Origin: Eledone cirrhosa
Taxonomy: Eukaryota
Direction of reading: 5' to 3'
Length of the DNA stretch: 64,000 nt
NCBI GenBank assembly: GCA_964016885.1
Contig: OZ024743.1
Location: forward strand, 314,774,001 to 314,838,000
The translations under genes were made by a program, and so were the position numbers. This document shows, in pieces, positions 29,081 through 43,036 of this stretch (its first letter is position 1; each line of letters begins with the position of its first letter). Under the pieces are notes generated by a model. The model saw only the letters and a program-made list of their open reading frames with translations. It was not told the origin of the DNA and searched no databases.

Positions 29081-29127
29081 TGCTGATCATTGTTTCTTCC
29101 AGAAGGAAGTCTGGTTTCATCGGAACA
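29081..29127 (-). ncRNA. HHR-like motif with core CCGATGA
   Basis: TGTT CCGATGA AA CCAGA-CTTCCT-TCTGG AA GAAA CAATGA TC AGCA followed by aataaa. Confidence 0.5.
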
Positions 29128-29272
29128 TAAGGAATGTCAAAACATGTTACTAAAATCCTAGTCATTTAGACCTTTTTACCGGCTAATACTTAGTACTACC
29201 CTACATATTTATAGTTATATCAAACATATATATATATGAATATTCATATTACTATATATATATATATATATA

Positions 29273-29540
29273 TTAAAATAACAGATGAAAGTTTAAGCAA
29301 AGAATCGTTGCTTTCCCCCATAACTGGATCTTCTGAAAGTAATGACCAACTGAAACATCTACGATCAAAGATATTCTCCATCTTTGACGACAGGTTAAAC
29401 AACACAGCAGCAAGAACATGTATTGCTTACACTTTAATCTGTTATTTTCATAAATATTTGCTCTAGGGTTCTTATATATTAAATATATATTTATCCTTAT
29501 CAAGGCCTCTTTGGATTTTAGTCTTCACATTTATTATTAT

Positions 29541-29545
<5 letters not shown>
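29273..29545. mobile_element. Inverted PLE 3' remnant (CAGAAGA family), HHR-like motif at 29290-29339(-)
   Basis: Homology to 7434-8240 and 27039-27110. Confidence 0.8.
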
Positions 29546-29588
<43 letters not shown>

Positions 29589-29665
29589 AGGAGGTTATAG
29601 TTCACTTGAAGCTTGTGTAATGAGGTATAAGCGTTTGTATATGTATAATAAATATATAAATAATA

Positions 29666-29725
<60 letters not shown>

Positions 29726-30331
29726 GTAACGAAAAGTTTTTTTTAAATGTTGTGGTTTTCTTGAAGCATTGTGTATAATATATAACGTTGAAAGAGATAA
29801 AACAGTAAACAATGCATAATGGACTGTAGGATGAGGCAATGGAATGTAAGTTACATGGTAATCTTTACTTTGATTTTTGTTGTTATTTTTCTTTTTTCTG
29901 TCCAATATTTCTGCGAATTGATAATAACCAGACCAGTTCGCCTTATATGCAAATGAGCATTTTCATAAAAGGTTTTCTATTTGCGACATGCAACTGAGCA
30001 TCTTCCAACAAATTGTCATTTCGAAAATTTTATATAGACTCTCATGTATTTCTATGTCAGTACCGCTTGGGTGAATGTCATTTATGAAAGATTATTGAAT
30101 CTTAAAACAACAGTGTTTGACATCCTCGACTGTTATTGTGTCATCTGCCACGAGTTAACAGAGAAAAAGATAGAATATCTTTTTCGTAGCGAAAACAATA
30201 CTTTCTGTAGTATTTTTATAGCGAGTCTCCCACAGGCATATATGTATATAAAATGTAAACAGAAATAACAACACATATACTAATGAACATGTTTTTACAT
30301 TAAACACAGAGGGACATCTGTAAATGATAAT

Positions 30332-30378
30332 AATTGTTTCTACTTTAGGCACAAGGCCAGCAATTACCCAGTGCATTT
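30332..30378 (-). mobile_element. Severely 5'-truncated SINE A
   Basis: TSD ctgtaaatgataataa on both sides. Confidence 0.85.
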
Positions 30379-30533
30379 CTGTAAATGATAATAATAACAA
30401 TATTTAGATATAAATGTACATATCTCTATTGGTCTCATAATTTTTTCTCCTTGTCTGTAGCAACACGTGGTCGTGTGTTGCTGCTGACTCTAGCAGAGCC
30501 CAAGAAAACACGTCTTGCCCTAACAGCCGCCGG

Positions 30534-30664
<131 letters not shown>

Positions 30665-31139
30665 ATGTGTGTGTGTGTACAAGGCATTGGTCAATCCGAG
30701 TCTGTAGAAGGAACATAGCAGATGATGGCGCGTAGTGGGACTAAACTCATAACTATGTGTTTAAGAGACAAGCATCGTATCCCCAAACCCATTCCTGTAC
30801 CCCAGCCTATTTCCTTAATATAGATGATGATTCCCGTCGTCGATAATTCCCAGCACACCCAGAAAGTGTTAAACGTGTAGCTTTATTTGCAGATAGATCT
30901 GTTCTTTTATCATAACTGAAACTTTGCCAGTGGAGAAAGGATCTATTTCATATATTACCAGTTGTATTCCCAGCAGGCATAAGGCTAACGTTTACAGAAG
31001 AATCTTTACAGTCGATTACATCGACGAAAATACATTGGAGGGACTGTATTTAACCGAGCGGGTAGTGATGAAATGTACTATCGATCTGACAAGCATTTCA
31101 GACCAGTTTTTATGTTCCAACACAACCACACGCATTATT

Positions 31140-31538
31140 CTCCTTGTCTCAAGTGTTACAACATCCGTTCAATTAATTCTGTGGATACCAAGTAGATATT
31201 GGCAGTAAATATATTACAATATGAAGTAGAAGAAAAGATATTCGATATGTGTTTAAGTTTTTGTTTTTCCCCAATCGATAATCTGTTGGCAATATGGGGT
31301 TTTGTTTCAATATATCGTTCTGTATATTTTATTTGATGGTTTGTTTCCAATTGTTTTATTGTATTCTTTCCGTATTCGCTCCTCGTTCTTTAGAAGGAGC
31401 AGTCCTCAGATTTTAATAAACACAATTTTAAATGTTTCATAATGTTGGCAGAGCTCCTCGGACACGTGTAATAAGGATTTTGAAACGGCAAAATTGCCGT
31501 GAATGGTATTTCCGATGTGTTTGTTTTGTTTTTGCCAT
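31140..31538 (-). pseudogene. Possible highly degenerate histone H3-like relic
   Basis: MAKTKQTHRK at 31538, RTAPS, then KYTERYIETKP...I....K...FSS...YLV spaced like the H3 fold; stops and frameshifts present. Confidence 0.3.
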
Positions 31539-32353
31539 TGTCGATATTTAATTATTTATGAAACTTCATGAGATAATATGAGGCAATAAAAATAAAAATG
31601 TTAAATGTGCATTATAGAAAAACATAAAAAGAACGGAAATGCGTTTCATTAGCTCCGGAGCAATGCATTCCTATCTTTGCTTTTCGCTTCAAGTTGCATT
31701 TCACTATATTCCAACGCAACATTATTGAAACACTCGTAAGAAAATGGAAATAATTGAACATTGGAGCAATATTTAAAAAAATGGAGATGATCAGGAATAT
31801 GGCTGTTTTTTTTGTAATTGAATATATTCTGTGTATTTCATGTGCTCTGTGAGCAAAAGAATAAAATAAATATCTGTTGATCTTCACTGCCAAGATAAAT
31901 ACAATGTTTTCAGATTTTCTTTATATACACTGCAAGGGAGAGAAATTGCACCACATTTCTAATAAATATCTTCCAATTTCTTACTAAATATTTCGAATAT
32001 TTAGCTTAGTATTATTTACAGAGTTGTCTGAGCACAACTGACGCATGTGATTGTTTGCTGCAGATGATATTTTTTCTAGGGTACTAAATAGAATATAACA
32101 ATCAATAACTTGATAGTTACGGAGTGATATGAATTTGTAAATGTAGGGTTAGGTGGTGTCTTTAGAATGGTAAAAGATACATGGTCTTCCTTCGAATTCG
32201 GCGATGATAATTCCAGTTTTTCGATCAATAAAACATGTTAAATTAACACGTGCAAGGCAGCGTATTTTACATACACGTGCAACTTTAATATAATCTTCAG
32301 TTTAATAGTGTATGCAATCAAATACTTAGGACAACACATAATATCCAGGCTTT

Positions 32354-32462
32354 ATTATTTATTTAGGCTATTAATAGAATTATTATTAGAGGTATTATTT
32401 ATTTAGGGCTATTAATAGAATTATTATTAGAGGTATTATTTATTTAGGGCATTAATAGAATT
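32354..32462. repeat. ~42-bp tandem repeat, about 2.6 copies
   Basis: tattattttatttagg(g)ctattaatagaattattattagagg. Confidence 0.9.
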
Positions 32463-32683
32463 CATCATTTGACTAAAAATGAGTTGCAACAGAAACCACA
32501 CGACTATCGTCACATGTTCGTTAGATCTGTTATAAATAGCAGTCAAATATGAGTCATATCATACGCGACACTCACGAGAAAAAACCTTTATATTTAAGGG
32601 AATCTCACTCTAAATACTTTGTGGTTGAAAAACAGACATAAATGGGATTTAATCTAGCAATTATAGAGTTAATATATCTAAAT

Positions 32684-33080
32684 AATTGTTTCTACTTTAG
32701 GCACAAGGCCAGCAATTATTCCAGTGTATTACTGGTACTTTATTTTATCGACCCGGAAAGGATGAAAGGCAAAGCTAACCTCGGCGGGATTTGAACTCAG
32801 AATGGCAAGGGCAGTAACTCTATGCGTCAAAGCATGGCGTCCGACCCTCTACTGATACTGCCAATCCACCGCCCCAATATATCTAAATAATTGTTTCTAC
32901 TTTTGGCACAAGGCCATCAAATTACCCAGTGTATTACTGGTACTTTATTTTATCGATCCCGTAATGATGAAAGGCAAAGTTAACCTCGGCGGGATTTGAA
33001 CTCAGAATGGCAAGGGCCGTAACTCTATGCGTCAAAGCATTGCGTCCGACCCTCCACCGATACTGCCAATTCACCGCCTT
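32684..33080 (-). mobile_element. Tandem pair of full-length SINE A
   Basis: tatatctaaataa occurs before, between and after the two copies. Confidence 0.92.
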
Positions 33081-34399
33081 TATATCTAAATAATGGCGGT
33101 TTATCTATGCTGCACAAGCAAATTATTACAAATCACGATGTTCGTATCACTTGTGGCCATGTCGATGTCACTCAAGTGTACGAAATCTTTAAATACAATG
33201 ACATCAAACACGAAATGAAATATTGTTTGAATGACAGAAATATCTTGAAATTTTCCTAGCACAGTCATTGCTATTTTTGATACTTAACAGTTGAATGTGA
33301 ACAATATTGTTCGAGGCCCTATTGACAAACAACATACATTGCACGAAAGCAAGCTATAAGTAACTCTGATATCTCCTCAAATCATGCGTGTTTAAAAGTA
33401 CAATATATCAATCAAGCTGCATGATTTCTAAACTTCAGATTTTACTTTTGGAGATGTTGCTGCCAATTCATCAAAACATATTCACTTTATCTCTACTATG
33501 TAATATGTGCCCTAATACATTTCCGACGTATGTATCAATTAATCTGATTCGGAAATTCTAAAATTCAATTGATCAGGAAACGATAGTGGCATCAAAATCC
33601 GTATTTCTGTGCTTGATTCCAAGGATATATATATAAAGAGAGAGAGAGAGGGATGGGGGGGGGGGGCAGAAAGAGAGAATACATTATACATGTTTATATG
33701 TATATTTACTAAAGTTATATTTCGACTCATCGGTCAGTAACATATGTTCTGTAGATGCTGTCTTTAACATTCATCACACTAGAGTCGATAAAATGACACT
33801 CAAGTAATGCTATCTATATATGTAATATTTCTTGCTGCATTTCCATAAAATATACTCCTATCGAAAGGATCAACAGTGGATCAGAAAGCCATATTTGTGA
33901 AGAGAATATGAAGAAGAATATAAAATATAAAATGCTCTATGTTGATATACACAGAAATATATCTCACCAATCATCATAGATATAAAGATATGTACCTACA
34001 TGCATATGTACAAACACATACTCATATATGCACTCATATACGCATATACACATATTCATATATGTACTTGAACACTCACAAACATTGACATGCATAAACT
34101 CATGCACGCACATGTACATACATACACATAAAGAAGCTTATATAAACGTAAATAGATATAACTGAAAATGTAAGGCTCTTTTGCTGACAAGACGTGTTAG
34201 AATTATATAATTCTATTTTAACAATGCGATAAAAGTATAGGGCTAGACAAGCTTTCCAGGCATAAAGAATATAGGAATATTATGTATGTTATGTTGATAT
34301 TTTGGTGTGCAAGTATCTATGCATGCATGCATGTTTCCATTTGTGCACGTTTGTAAAAAAGCATGTATGTATGCAACAGTGATTTACAGATCCACTTTC

Positions 34400-34680
34400 A
34401 TACAACCAGATGGGAGTAACAGCCAATAAATTTAAGCGTACATTCACCCAGCATGTACACTCATTTCCGTTCAGTATCAATACATCTGTCCCATTTCATA
34501 CGGGCTCTGGTTCCTTTTTTATGGATATTGCACGTGCTGCACTATATGCGGCTTCACGAACCGTAGTAGTATTGAGGTGCTCTGCTCACAATGTTCCATT
34601 CAGTGCTAAGGACGCTGTGCCATTAGTCACGGATCCTTTATAATGAGAAAGGACTGTGTTAGAAATCTCCTTGTTCCTGA
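34400..34680 (+). pseudogene. Degenerate PLE GIY-YIG remnant
   Basis: MGVTANKFKRTFTQHVHSF resembles IGLTANRFKQRLYMHTHSV of the 26262-26827 copy. Confidence 0.4.
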
Positions 34681-34915
34681 ACCTGAATGGGGTCTACCTG
34701 AAATCTGGGTGCATAATGGGTACATATGTGAGTACCTTAAAATATTTATGGAAGCTGTCTGGTGGTGTAAAGGAAGATGTGTCGACCACGGCATATCTGG
34801 AGCAGGATACTCATAGGAAACATTTGACAAGGGTTCGACAGTTGCAAATTCGCGTGTGTGTGTGCGTGTGCATGTGTGTGTGTGAGTAAGAGATAGATAG
34901 ATAGATAGATAGATG

Positions 34916-34960
<45 letters not shown>

Positions 34961-34964
34961 GTAG

Positions 34965-35009
<45 letters not shown>

Positions 35010-35673
35010 CTGAGAGAGAGAGAGGGAGAGAGAGAGAGAGTTTTGGGGGTGCCTGTTATGCTCTGATATAATATATGGTACTTTAGCTGAACCGATCTGA
35101 TCTAAATAGGATTAGCGAATCGGTGAGGTAAAGGTACCGAATAATTCTAAACTCCCATTACATACGTATGTCATTTCGTGCTACCTTTACCAAAGCAATA
35201 TTGTTGTATTTTTCAGTACAGCATGTTTAGCAGAAACAGCATATCTGCGATATTGTATTCTACAATAGGGGCAAATAGTAAAAGCAGTTGCTATTGAATA
35301 TTCTTTGATTTTTCTCAACAAAGTGCTAAAGAGACGAGGTTATTCTTGATTATTGTTAAAACCTGGCGAATTCTACTGAAATTAACGACTATTCATTGCA
35401 GTGAACTTTAAACGGAATAACCAAGCTTGTACAATAATACAAACCAGCTGCTTATACTATAGAAATACCAAAAAAAATAATGTTGGCTTCAATCCATAAA
35501 TTAAACATGGCCTGTAGCAATCTCTTTTCGCACATCACCATTGTTAACTGATAAGATGTAACTGATATGATAAGGGAAGTAGGCAGAGAAGATAGCAGAA
35601 ATCATATATATATATATAATATGTATATATATATAGAGAGAGATAGAGAGAGAGAGAAAGAAAGAGAAATATA

Positions 35674-35746
<73 letters not shown>

Positions 35747-36480
35747 GCCAATAGATAAAAAGATATAGGAAGATAGATATGGATATATAAACTCGTATTT
35801 GATGAGCGTATATACGCGTTCGCTCTTAGTAGTATTCTTAAATGACCACACTAATTTGCTTATAATAAGCTTTCATGTTGGTAATTAAGTTACATCTTAC
35901 AAAGTCCCCTAGCCGCCGAGGTGTACGATAACGTTATTCCCTTACATATACAAAGCAGGTAGCCTTAGCTATTCTTAGTATGTAGCCACGTAAACATACC
36001 AACAAAAAAAAATACTTTCAATGGATTTTGGATCCTAGTTCTAGTTGCAACTAAGATTGTCTGTATATATAAGATTGGTGTATATATATATATATATATG
36101 TATATACACCACATTATATATGTATATACACCATAATATATATATATATATATGATGTATATATATATATTTTCTTACAATGTTTTTTTTTAAATTGCTC
36201 TTTGTGAGACAGTGTTTCTCAGTATTAAAGGTTATCTCTCTCTCTCACTCATTTTCTCCTCCTCTCTCACCCTTCCTTCTTATACTCCTCCTCCGTCATC
36301 CTTTCCTTATTATTTTTTTTTTATTATTATATTCTTTCTTCCTCTTCCTTACCTTTTCCTCTTTTCCCCTTCCTTTTCTTTTTTTCCCAATCTCAAATAT
36401 CCATCTTATGTTATTTTTCATATGTTGATTTAACACTTCACTGCTCGCAAGTTTTTTTAAGCTTCATATCATGTCTCCCT

Positions 36481-36549
36481 ATTTTACCTGATGAGAACGC
36501 AAATATCATCCCATGATGATATTGGTTTTTGAAATGCGCATAATAAAAT
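36481..36549 (+). ncRNA. Type I HHR motif with canonical core
   Basis: ATTTTAC CTGATGA GAAC..AATATCAT/ATGATATT..GTTTTT GAAA TGCGCA TA ATAAAAT; palindromic stem III; one C.A mismatch in stem I. Confidence 0.65.
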
Positions 36550-36672
36550 ACATGGGACTCTTTTAACCATCTTTTGATTTTATATTATTTATACACCAGT
36601 CCTATAAACTGTTAAGTGGTACTTATCCGATATTTCCATTGCTTTATTGTGCTACAATAAAACTGACCTCCT

Positions 36673-36781
<109 letters not shown>

Positions 36782-36830
36782 TATGTATATGTATGTATGA
36801 GCGTGTATGAACATATATATATATATATAT

Positions 36831-36954
36831 AAGATCCCCTAAGGTGAAACAATTGTTCACGGTATGGTGAACTAACTGTTGTGTTACTACTTCCACCAAA
36901 CTCGTCCCCTGGACTGTGTGCTCTACCACTACGGATATTACCTTCCAGTGTTCC

Positions 36955-36958
<4 letters not shown>
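36831..36958 (+). mobile_element. pLTR remnant beginning inside a 5'-truncated HHR
   Basis: (TA)n | AAGA T CC-CCTAA-GG T GAAA CAATTG TT CAC. Confidence 0.5.
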
Positions 36959-37031
<73 letters not shown>

Positions 37032-37167
37032 ATGTGTGTCTGTGTGTGTCTGTGTGTGTGTGTCTGTGTGTGTGTGCCTGTGTGTCAGTGTGAGTACTCT
37101 GCTGCATTATGATCCACCTTGTATCTTACCACACCCTCTTTGTTATATATATATATATATATACATA

Positions 37168-37214
<47 letters not shown>

Positions 37215-37356
37215 ATCTGTGTATATATATATATATGTTAAAAACCTTGTAAGATCGACAAAAGAAAGTGCTTAGAAAGCAATGTGGCCCAAGCTGCAGC
37301 AAAACGAACGGACAGTAGAAGTCTGTTCAAAATCGTGCCAAGATCTTTTCTCTTTT

Positions 37357-37391
<35 letters not shown>

Positions 37392-37395
37392 GGGG

Positions 37396-37439
<44 letters not shown>

Positions 37440-39313
37440 CAATACACCGGAAATATAAGAATTCAGGGTCTAATTTCCAAATGTATATTTCATTAACCGA
37501 TCTCAATTCTGATATACAGTAAAGTATCACATAATGTTTTACTCGGTAATTTTCTAAATATCAAATGCACCACTTTAACTAGAGTACATTGCTTCTCTGC
37601 TATTGTTAGTCTCATGATTTTTTCCCATATCTATCCAAATATAATACAACATATTTTTCCAGATCGAGTAAGTAAACCTATGTTGCATCGTATTATTTTG
37701 AAGACCATTGAAGAGATACATGCCGTACCTTCGTCTCCTTTATATTCAAATTTTATCAAAATCCTAAAAATGGAATAATTAAATAATGTAAATTCATGTA
37801 GGTGTATCTTAGATGTACTGAAAATTCATTTTGGTGTGTCACTGGAGATTCATCTTCCTTATCTTTTAATTTAACCAGATCCACAAACTAGCTACATGGT
37901 GTCGACCCGTCGGTTCGCTTATCTTGAACATTTATTCAGATGTATTTATCCACATATCATTCTCATTAGTAAAAATAAATATTAAATAACATCATAGATT
38001 CGTCTCTCCTTATCTTTTAAATTTATCCATATGTATCGCCTGTTGATAGAATAACTCCATATTGTAGCATCATCTCCATTAACTTGTAAATTCATCCAGA
38101 TGTAACATTTAATGAAAGTAAGATAACATCATTGCTTCGTTTCTTTTAACCTGTCAATAAATCCAATATGAGTTTAGTTGATATAATTATTTTTCATAAA
38201 ATTATATTTATTTCCTTATTTCTCTTGCTAGAAATATGGTTTAAGGTCTAATCTAAATTATTTACCGTCACGGTTATTAGCGAGTGGTTAGAGTTAATGC
38301 ATTGGAAAGTTTTCAGATGCTAATCAACATTTAATTACTGAATTTCATAATTTTAATGTGCTTAATTAACGAAATAGTAATCGACATCGTCATCATCATA
38401 ATGAGTATATTGTGACTGTTTATAGAGTTAAATTAAGTTAGTTCTCAACTATGTATTTCATATTTCAGAAGTGGAGAAAATAGGTACAATTGATAGGACC
38501 TCTTCATTAATTTAACCTTCAAGTAAATTGCTACTTGTTTTCTATCCTCGAATGAAATCGCAAAGGTCTGTGTATTGTTAGATTCAATTGCACGTTGGTG
38601 AAAATACTTTAGGATATTTTTATTTCGGCTCTTTAAGTTATGAGTTCGAATTCAGTATATGTCACCGTTTCATTTCCTCCTGCATGAGTCGATAGAATAA
38701 ATTACCAGCTAAATAGTGCTGTCAAATTAATCAACTTTCCCTCCCTCAAGATTGCTAATCTTCTGCTTAAAACAAGATCCCAATATTACACTCAATAGCA
38801 ACAGGCGCATGGAATGTCTAAAAACAATAACGCGTGAAGATGCTTAGGGTTCGCACATGAAGAATCCGAGCTCAATTATAATTGCGTGGATGGATATAGC
38901 TAAGCACAAAAGTCCATGGTTATGCACTGTTATGGTGTAACGTATCAACACATATTATTCTTCCAGCTACATCAAAAGTGCCATATGTGTTGAAGATAAT
39001 GTTACTGAGGTATTAGAGTCGAAATAATTTAAGTCAATATATATTCTTTGTTGGCGTTTCATTTCCTATTGATGATTATTGCAGCAGTTTTCAAGATTGA
39101 TGTTGAGAAATTGAGATTAAATAATATTTCAAATTCTTTAACGTCTATTCATCAATCAAATTAACAGTGAATATTGGCATTTCATCTTTAATTTAATATT
39201 TCTGCAAAATATATTACATGTTAGAATTTATTGCTATTACAGTTATTAGATTTGTCAGTTTGGTCAAAGAAATATAAAAGATGAATCTTGGATATATATG
39301 GGTGTATGTATGC

Positions 39314-39355
<42 letters not shown>

Positions 39356-39619
39356 ATATATATGTGTGTGTGTGTGTATATATATGTGTGTGTGTGTGAG
39401 TATATATATATGTGTGTGTGTGTATGTATGTATAAATATATATGTATGTATAGAACCTTAATTTTGATGGCTTTGATGGGTTTCGGCGAGTATTGGTCCA
39501 GGCCTTGTCGAATTTAATAGCGCCACCTTGCGAAATAAATTGAAATAAAGACATATTACTGTGATTATTACTGGACTAACAGCTAGTATATATATATATA
39601 TATATTATTTTTTATTCTA

Positions 39620-39833
39620 GTCGATCGAATTTCGTCAAATCGGACCGAGGAAACTATGTTTCCGTTGGTCTTTCCAATTGCTAATACTATCTATCGGTCG
39701 CAACTCCAGGTAGAAGGAGCAACGTGAAATAAAGTGTCTTGCTCAAGGACATAACGCATCGCCTGGTTCAGGAATCGAACTCACAACCTCACGATTGTGA
39801 ATCCAATACTCTAACCACTCTGCCACACGCCTT

Positions 39834-39836
<3 letters not shown>
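39620..39836 (-). mobile_element. SINE family B
   Basis: Near-identical to 10470-10690; both abut (TA)n. Confidence 0.85.
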
Positions 39837-40238
<402 letters not shown>

Positions 40239-41548
40239 TGCCACTACTTGTAACCCACCACCTTGTAAATCGTTATCATATCCCCTCTATTCAAACACTC
40301 GCTAGTAATTCATCTGATTTGCTTCCGTCACATGTTTTCGAATCAGTTACCCATGCACTATATCAACTAGTCCCTCAGGTAATCTTTCTCAGAATGTCAT
40401 GCCTCTCGAATTCTGTGCGTACACATGTATTCTTTACAGTTACCGACTTGCTAATGATGCAGGACCTGTGACGGCCGTATGCACTGTTCTTTTCTCAACA
40501 ACTTTCTCCAGAAGTTGAGATATGAGAACGTATGCAATATTTTTAATTAGAACCCGTAAGGGTTAGAGGAATCTGTCACGATAAAATCAAAAACTAAGTT
40601 TAAAACCGTCCACTGCTGATTTAGCTATTACTATTGTGTCCTTAGCGTGTATTCTTTTGTGTATTAATTAAAGAGCTTAAGAAATTAATCTAGAATAACT
40701 GGAACATTATCACGATGATTTTAATACGCTTAAATTGAAAGAAAAAGAAAATAATTGAATGTGATTTTTTAAATGTTTAAATGTTTTTCATCACAAGATA
40801 ATACGATTAATTCATTTATGTTAATCATCTCATCTTTAATCGGTTGTATTTGATTATTGCTTCACTGTAAAGTTGTACCACAATCCTATATTGATACAAG
40901 TGCATTTCAAAATAAAATCAGCTATATGTTGCGATGTACTCACTTATTTTCTTCCCGTGCGAATTAATGACGTAATCGAAAGAAATGTTGATTAAGAATG
41001 TTAACTTGCAATTGAGAATGTCACTGTGCAATAGAGTAAAGTTGTGTAAAAACATAAAATCATTTCGCAACAAGAGACTACTATTTTTAGTATTCAGGTG
41101 AAGGAATTTAAACACCCACGTTGGTTTATTGTCATTTATATTATTGGATGCTGACACAGATGTAAGCCTAAGAATACCGTTTGGGAGTAAGCCATTTTCG
41201 CGCTCGATTTAAGTAAACTACAATACAATCTGGACGAATTAAAGTGTTGGGAGTGTAATGCTGCAATGGAAATCGCTCCGAAAGCTTGTAATATATAAAT
41301 GTGGTAGAATGGTGAAAGGGAACGGTACTGTCCAGATTATCGTCCTTTCTTCCGTTGTCTTCACCAATCTTTTTTATTCATTATATATATATATACACGT
41401 CCTCAGGTATGTATATATATATGTCTAATGGTAGCTAATATGCTTCCATGGGCGGTATACTCGTTGAGCACTCTATGATCCTACGGAGCAGAGTATTATG
41501 GAATAGAAAACGAAAAATCAGTGATGCATAGGAACTCAATTTATTGTG

Positions 41549-41635
41549 TGTTACAATAGTTTCCCCGGCGAACAGCTCCAGGTGCGATCCATGTGTGGAT
41601 CTACATGACTCTAGGCTCGCAGGTTCCTCGGAAAC
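41549..41635 (-). ncRNA. HHR-like motif with core CCGAGGA and extended stem II; short inverted tail at 41640-41665
   Basis: CCGAGGA A CC T GCGAGC...GATCCA-CACA-TGGATC...GTTCGC C GG G GAAA CTATTG TA ACA; homologue at 55952-56038. Confidence 0.6.
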
Positions 41636-41979
41636 GTCTATTGAGTTCCGATGCATCACTGATTATATATATATATATATACACGTACACACGTATATAT
41701 AAATAGTTAAATCTGTATAGATAGAGAGGGCAAGCTAGGCTGCACTAATGTCTATATAAATGTACACATATCTTACATGTAGACATGTAAGTATGCCGGA
41801 AAATGTGAATTTCCTTGCAAATTGAAAGAAATCATAAAAGGATTTAAGCAATTTTCGGAACTAATTCGTCCCTTATCATAAGGCATGCATGTTATAACCA
41901 TATACGGGATGCGTTACAGCGACAGGTACGTAGGTCAATAAAAAAGTCTCAAAACCTCTTCAGTGTACCTCGTGTGTGT

Positions 41980-42010
<31 letters not shown>

Positions 42011-42014
<4 letters not shown>

Positions 42015-42207
42015 AAAATGTGTAAGCCCGACGGCAGAGCTCAAGCCATTTCGACGGCTATTTCTAGACTCTAGAAATAGCCGTCGAAACGGCTTGAGCT
42101 CTGCCATCGTGGTTATACGTTTTCCTATTACCAACTCTACTACCATACGTATTGAGTACTCTGGTGCGTTATTATGGTCCAACTGGTTCCTTACCACACT
42201 TCCTTCG

Positions 42208-42210
<3 letters not shown>
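42011..42210 (+). mobile_element. Family F: ~200-bp TA-flanked element with a ~115-bp 5' palindrome
   Basis: Five copies in the window plus a tail fragment at 37091-37145. Confidence 0.9.
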
Positions 42211-42275
<65 letters not shown>

Positions 42276-42278
<3 letters not shown>

Positions 42279-42476
42279 TATGTATGTATGTATACGTACA
42301 TACATATATGTATACAGACGTACAGTTGTATGTATATATATAGATACATGCACACACATATATATATATATACGTATGGATATACCGAACCTTTATTATA
42401 ATGCTCGTTTTTTTTTGTAAACAAACATCCCGAATTAAGCCGTACAGTGTTTAGCAACCATCGTTGCCCTTTTGTT

Positions 42477-42524
<48 letters not shown>

Positions 42525-43036
42525 CAGTAGTATGTATATATATACATACATGCACACATATATATATATGCCCTTATCGGTTTACCGAACAATTATTATA
42601 ATGCTCGGTTTATTTGTTTGTAATCAAACAAACAGCTCGAATTACGCCGTACAGTGTTTAGGCAACCACGTCACCTTTTTGTTCAACACTGACACAGGAA
42701 CGATGTACTAGTTTCAAGCGTATTAGCTATCTTCAGCATTCTATACCTTCCTGCCAGATGGTTGAACGTCTGAAAGTATATACTTTCCTTATGCATATTA
42801 ATGGCTGAGCAGCCTAATTTGCATATCAAGTGTGTTCAGTCCGCCGGGCATTATAATAAATGTTCGGTAAACCGATGCGTGCATATATATATATATATAT
42901 GTGCATGTATGTATATATATACATACTACTGTACGTCTGTATACATATATGTATGTACGTATACATACATACTTACATTTAAATAAGTACCGTACTAAGA
43001 GTGAGAAATGAAATTTCGTTTCATTCTATTCCATTT
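42276..43036. mobile_element. Family H copy with inversion (antisense to ~42845, sense 3' end 42849-43036)
   Basis: Homology to 15364-16441. Confidence 0.85.
42700..42742 (-). ncRNA. Type I minimal hammerhead ribozyme motif (family H)
   Basis: ATG CTGAAGA TAGC-TAATAC-GCTT GAAA CTAG TA CAT; palindromic stem III ACTAGT, GUA cleavage triplet. Confidence 0.75.
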
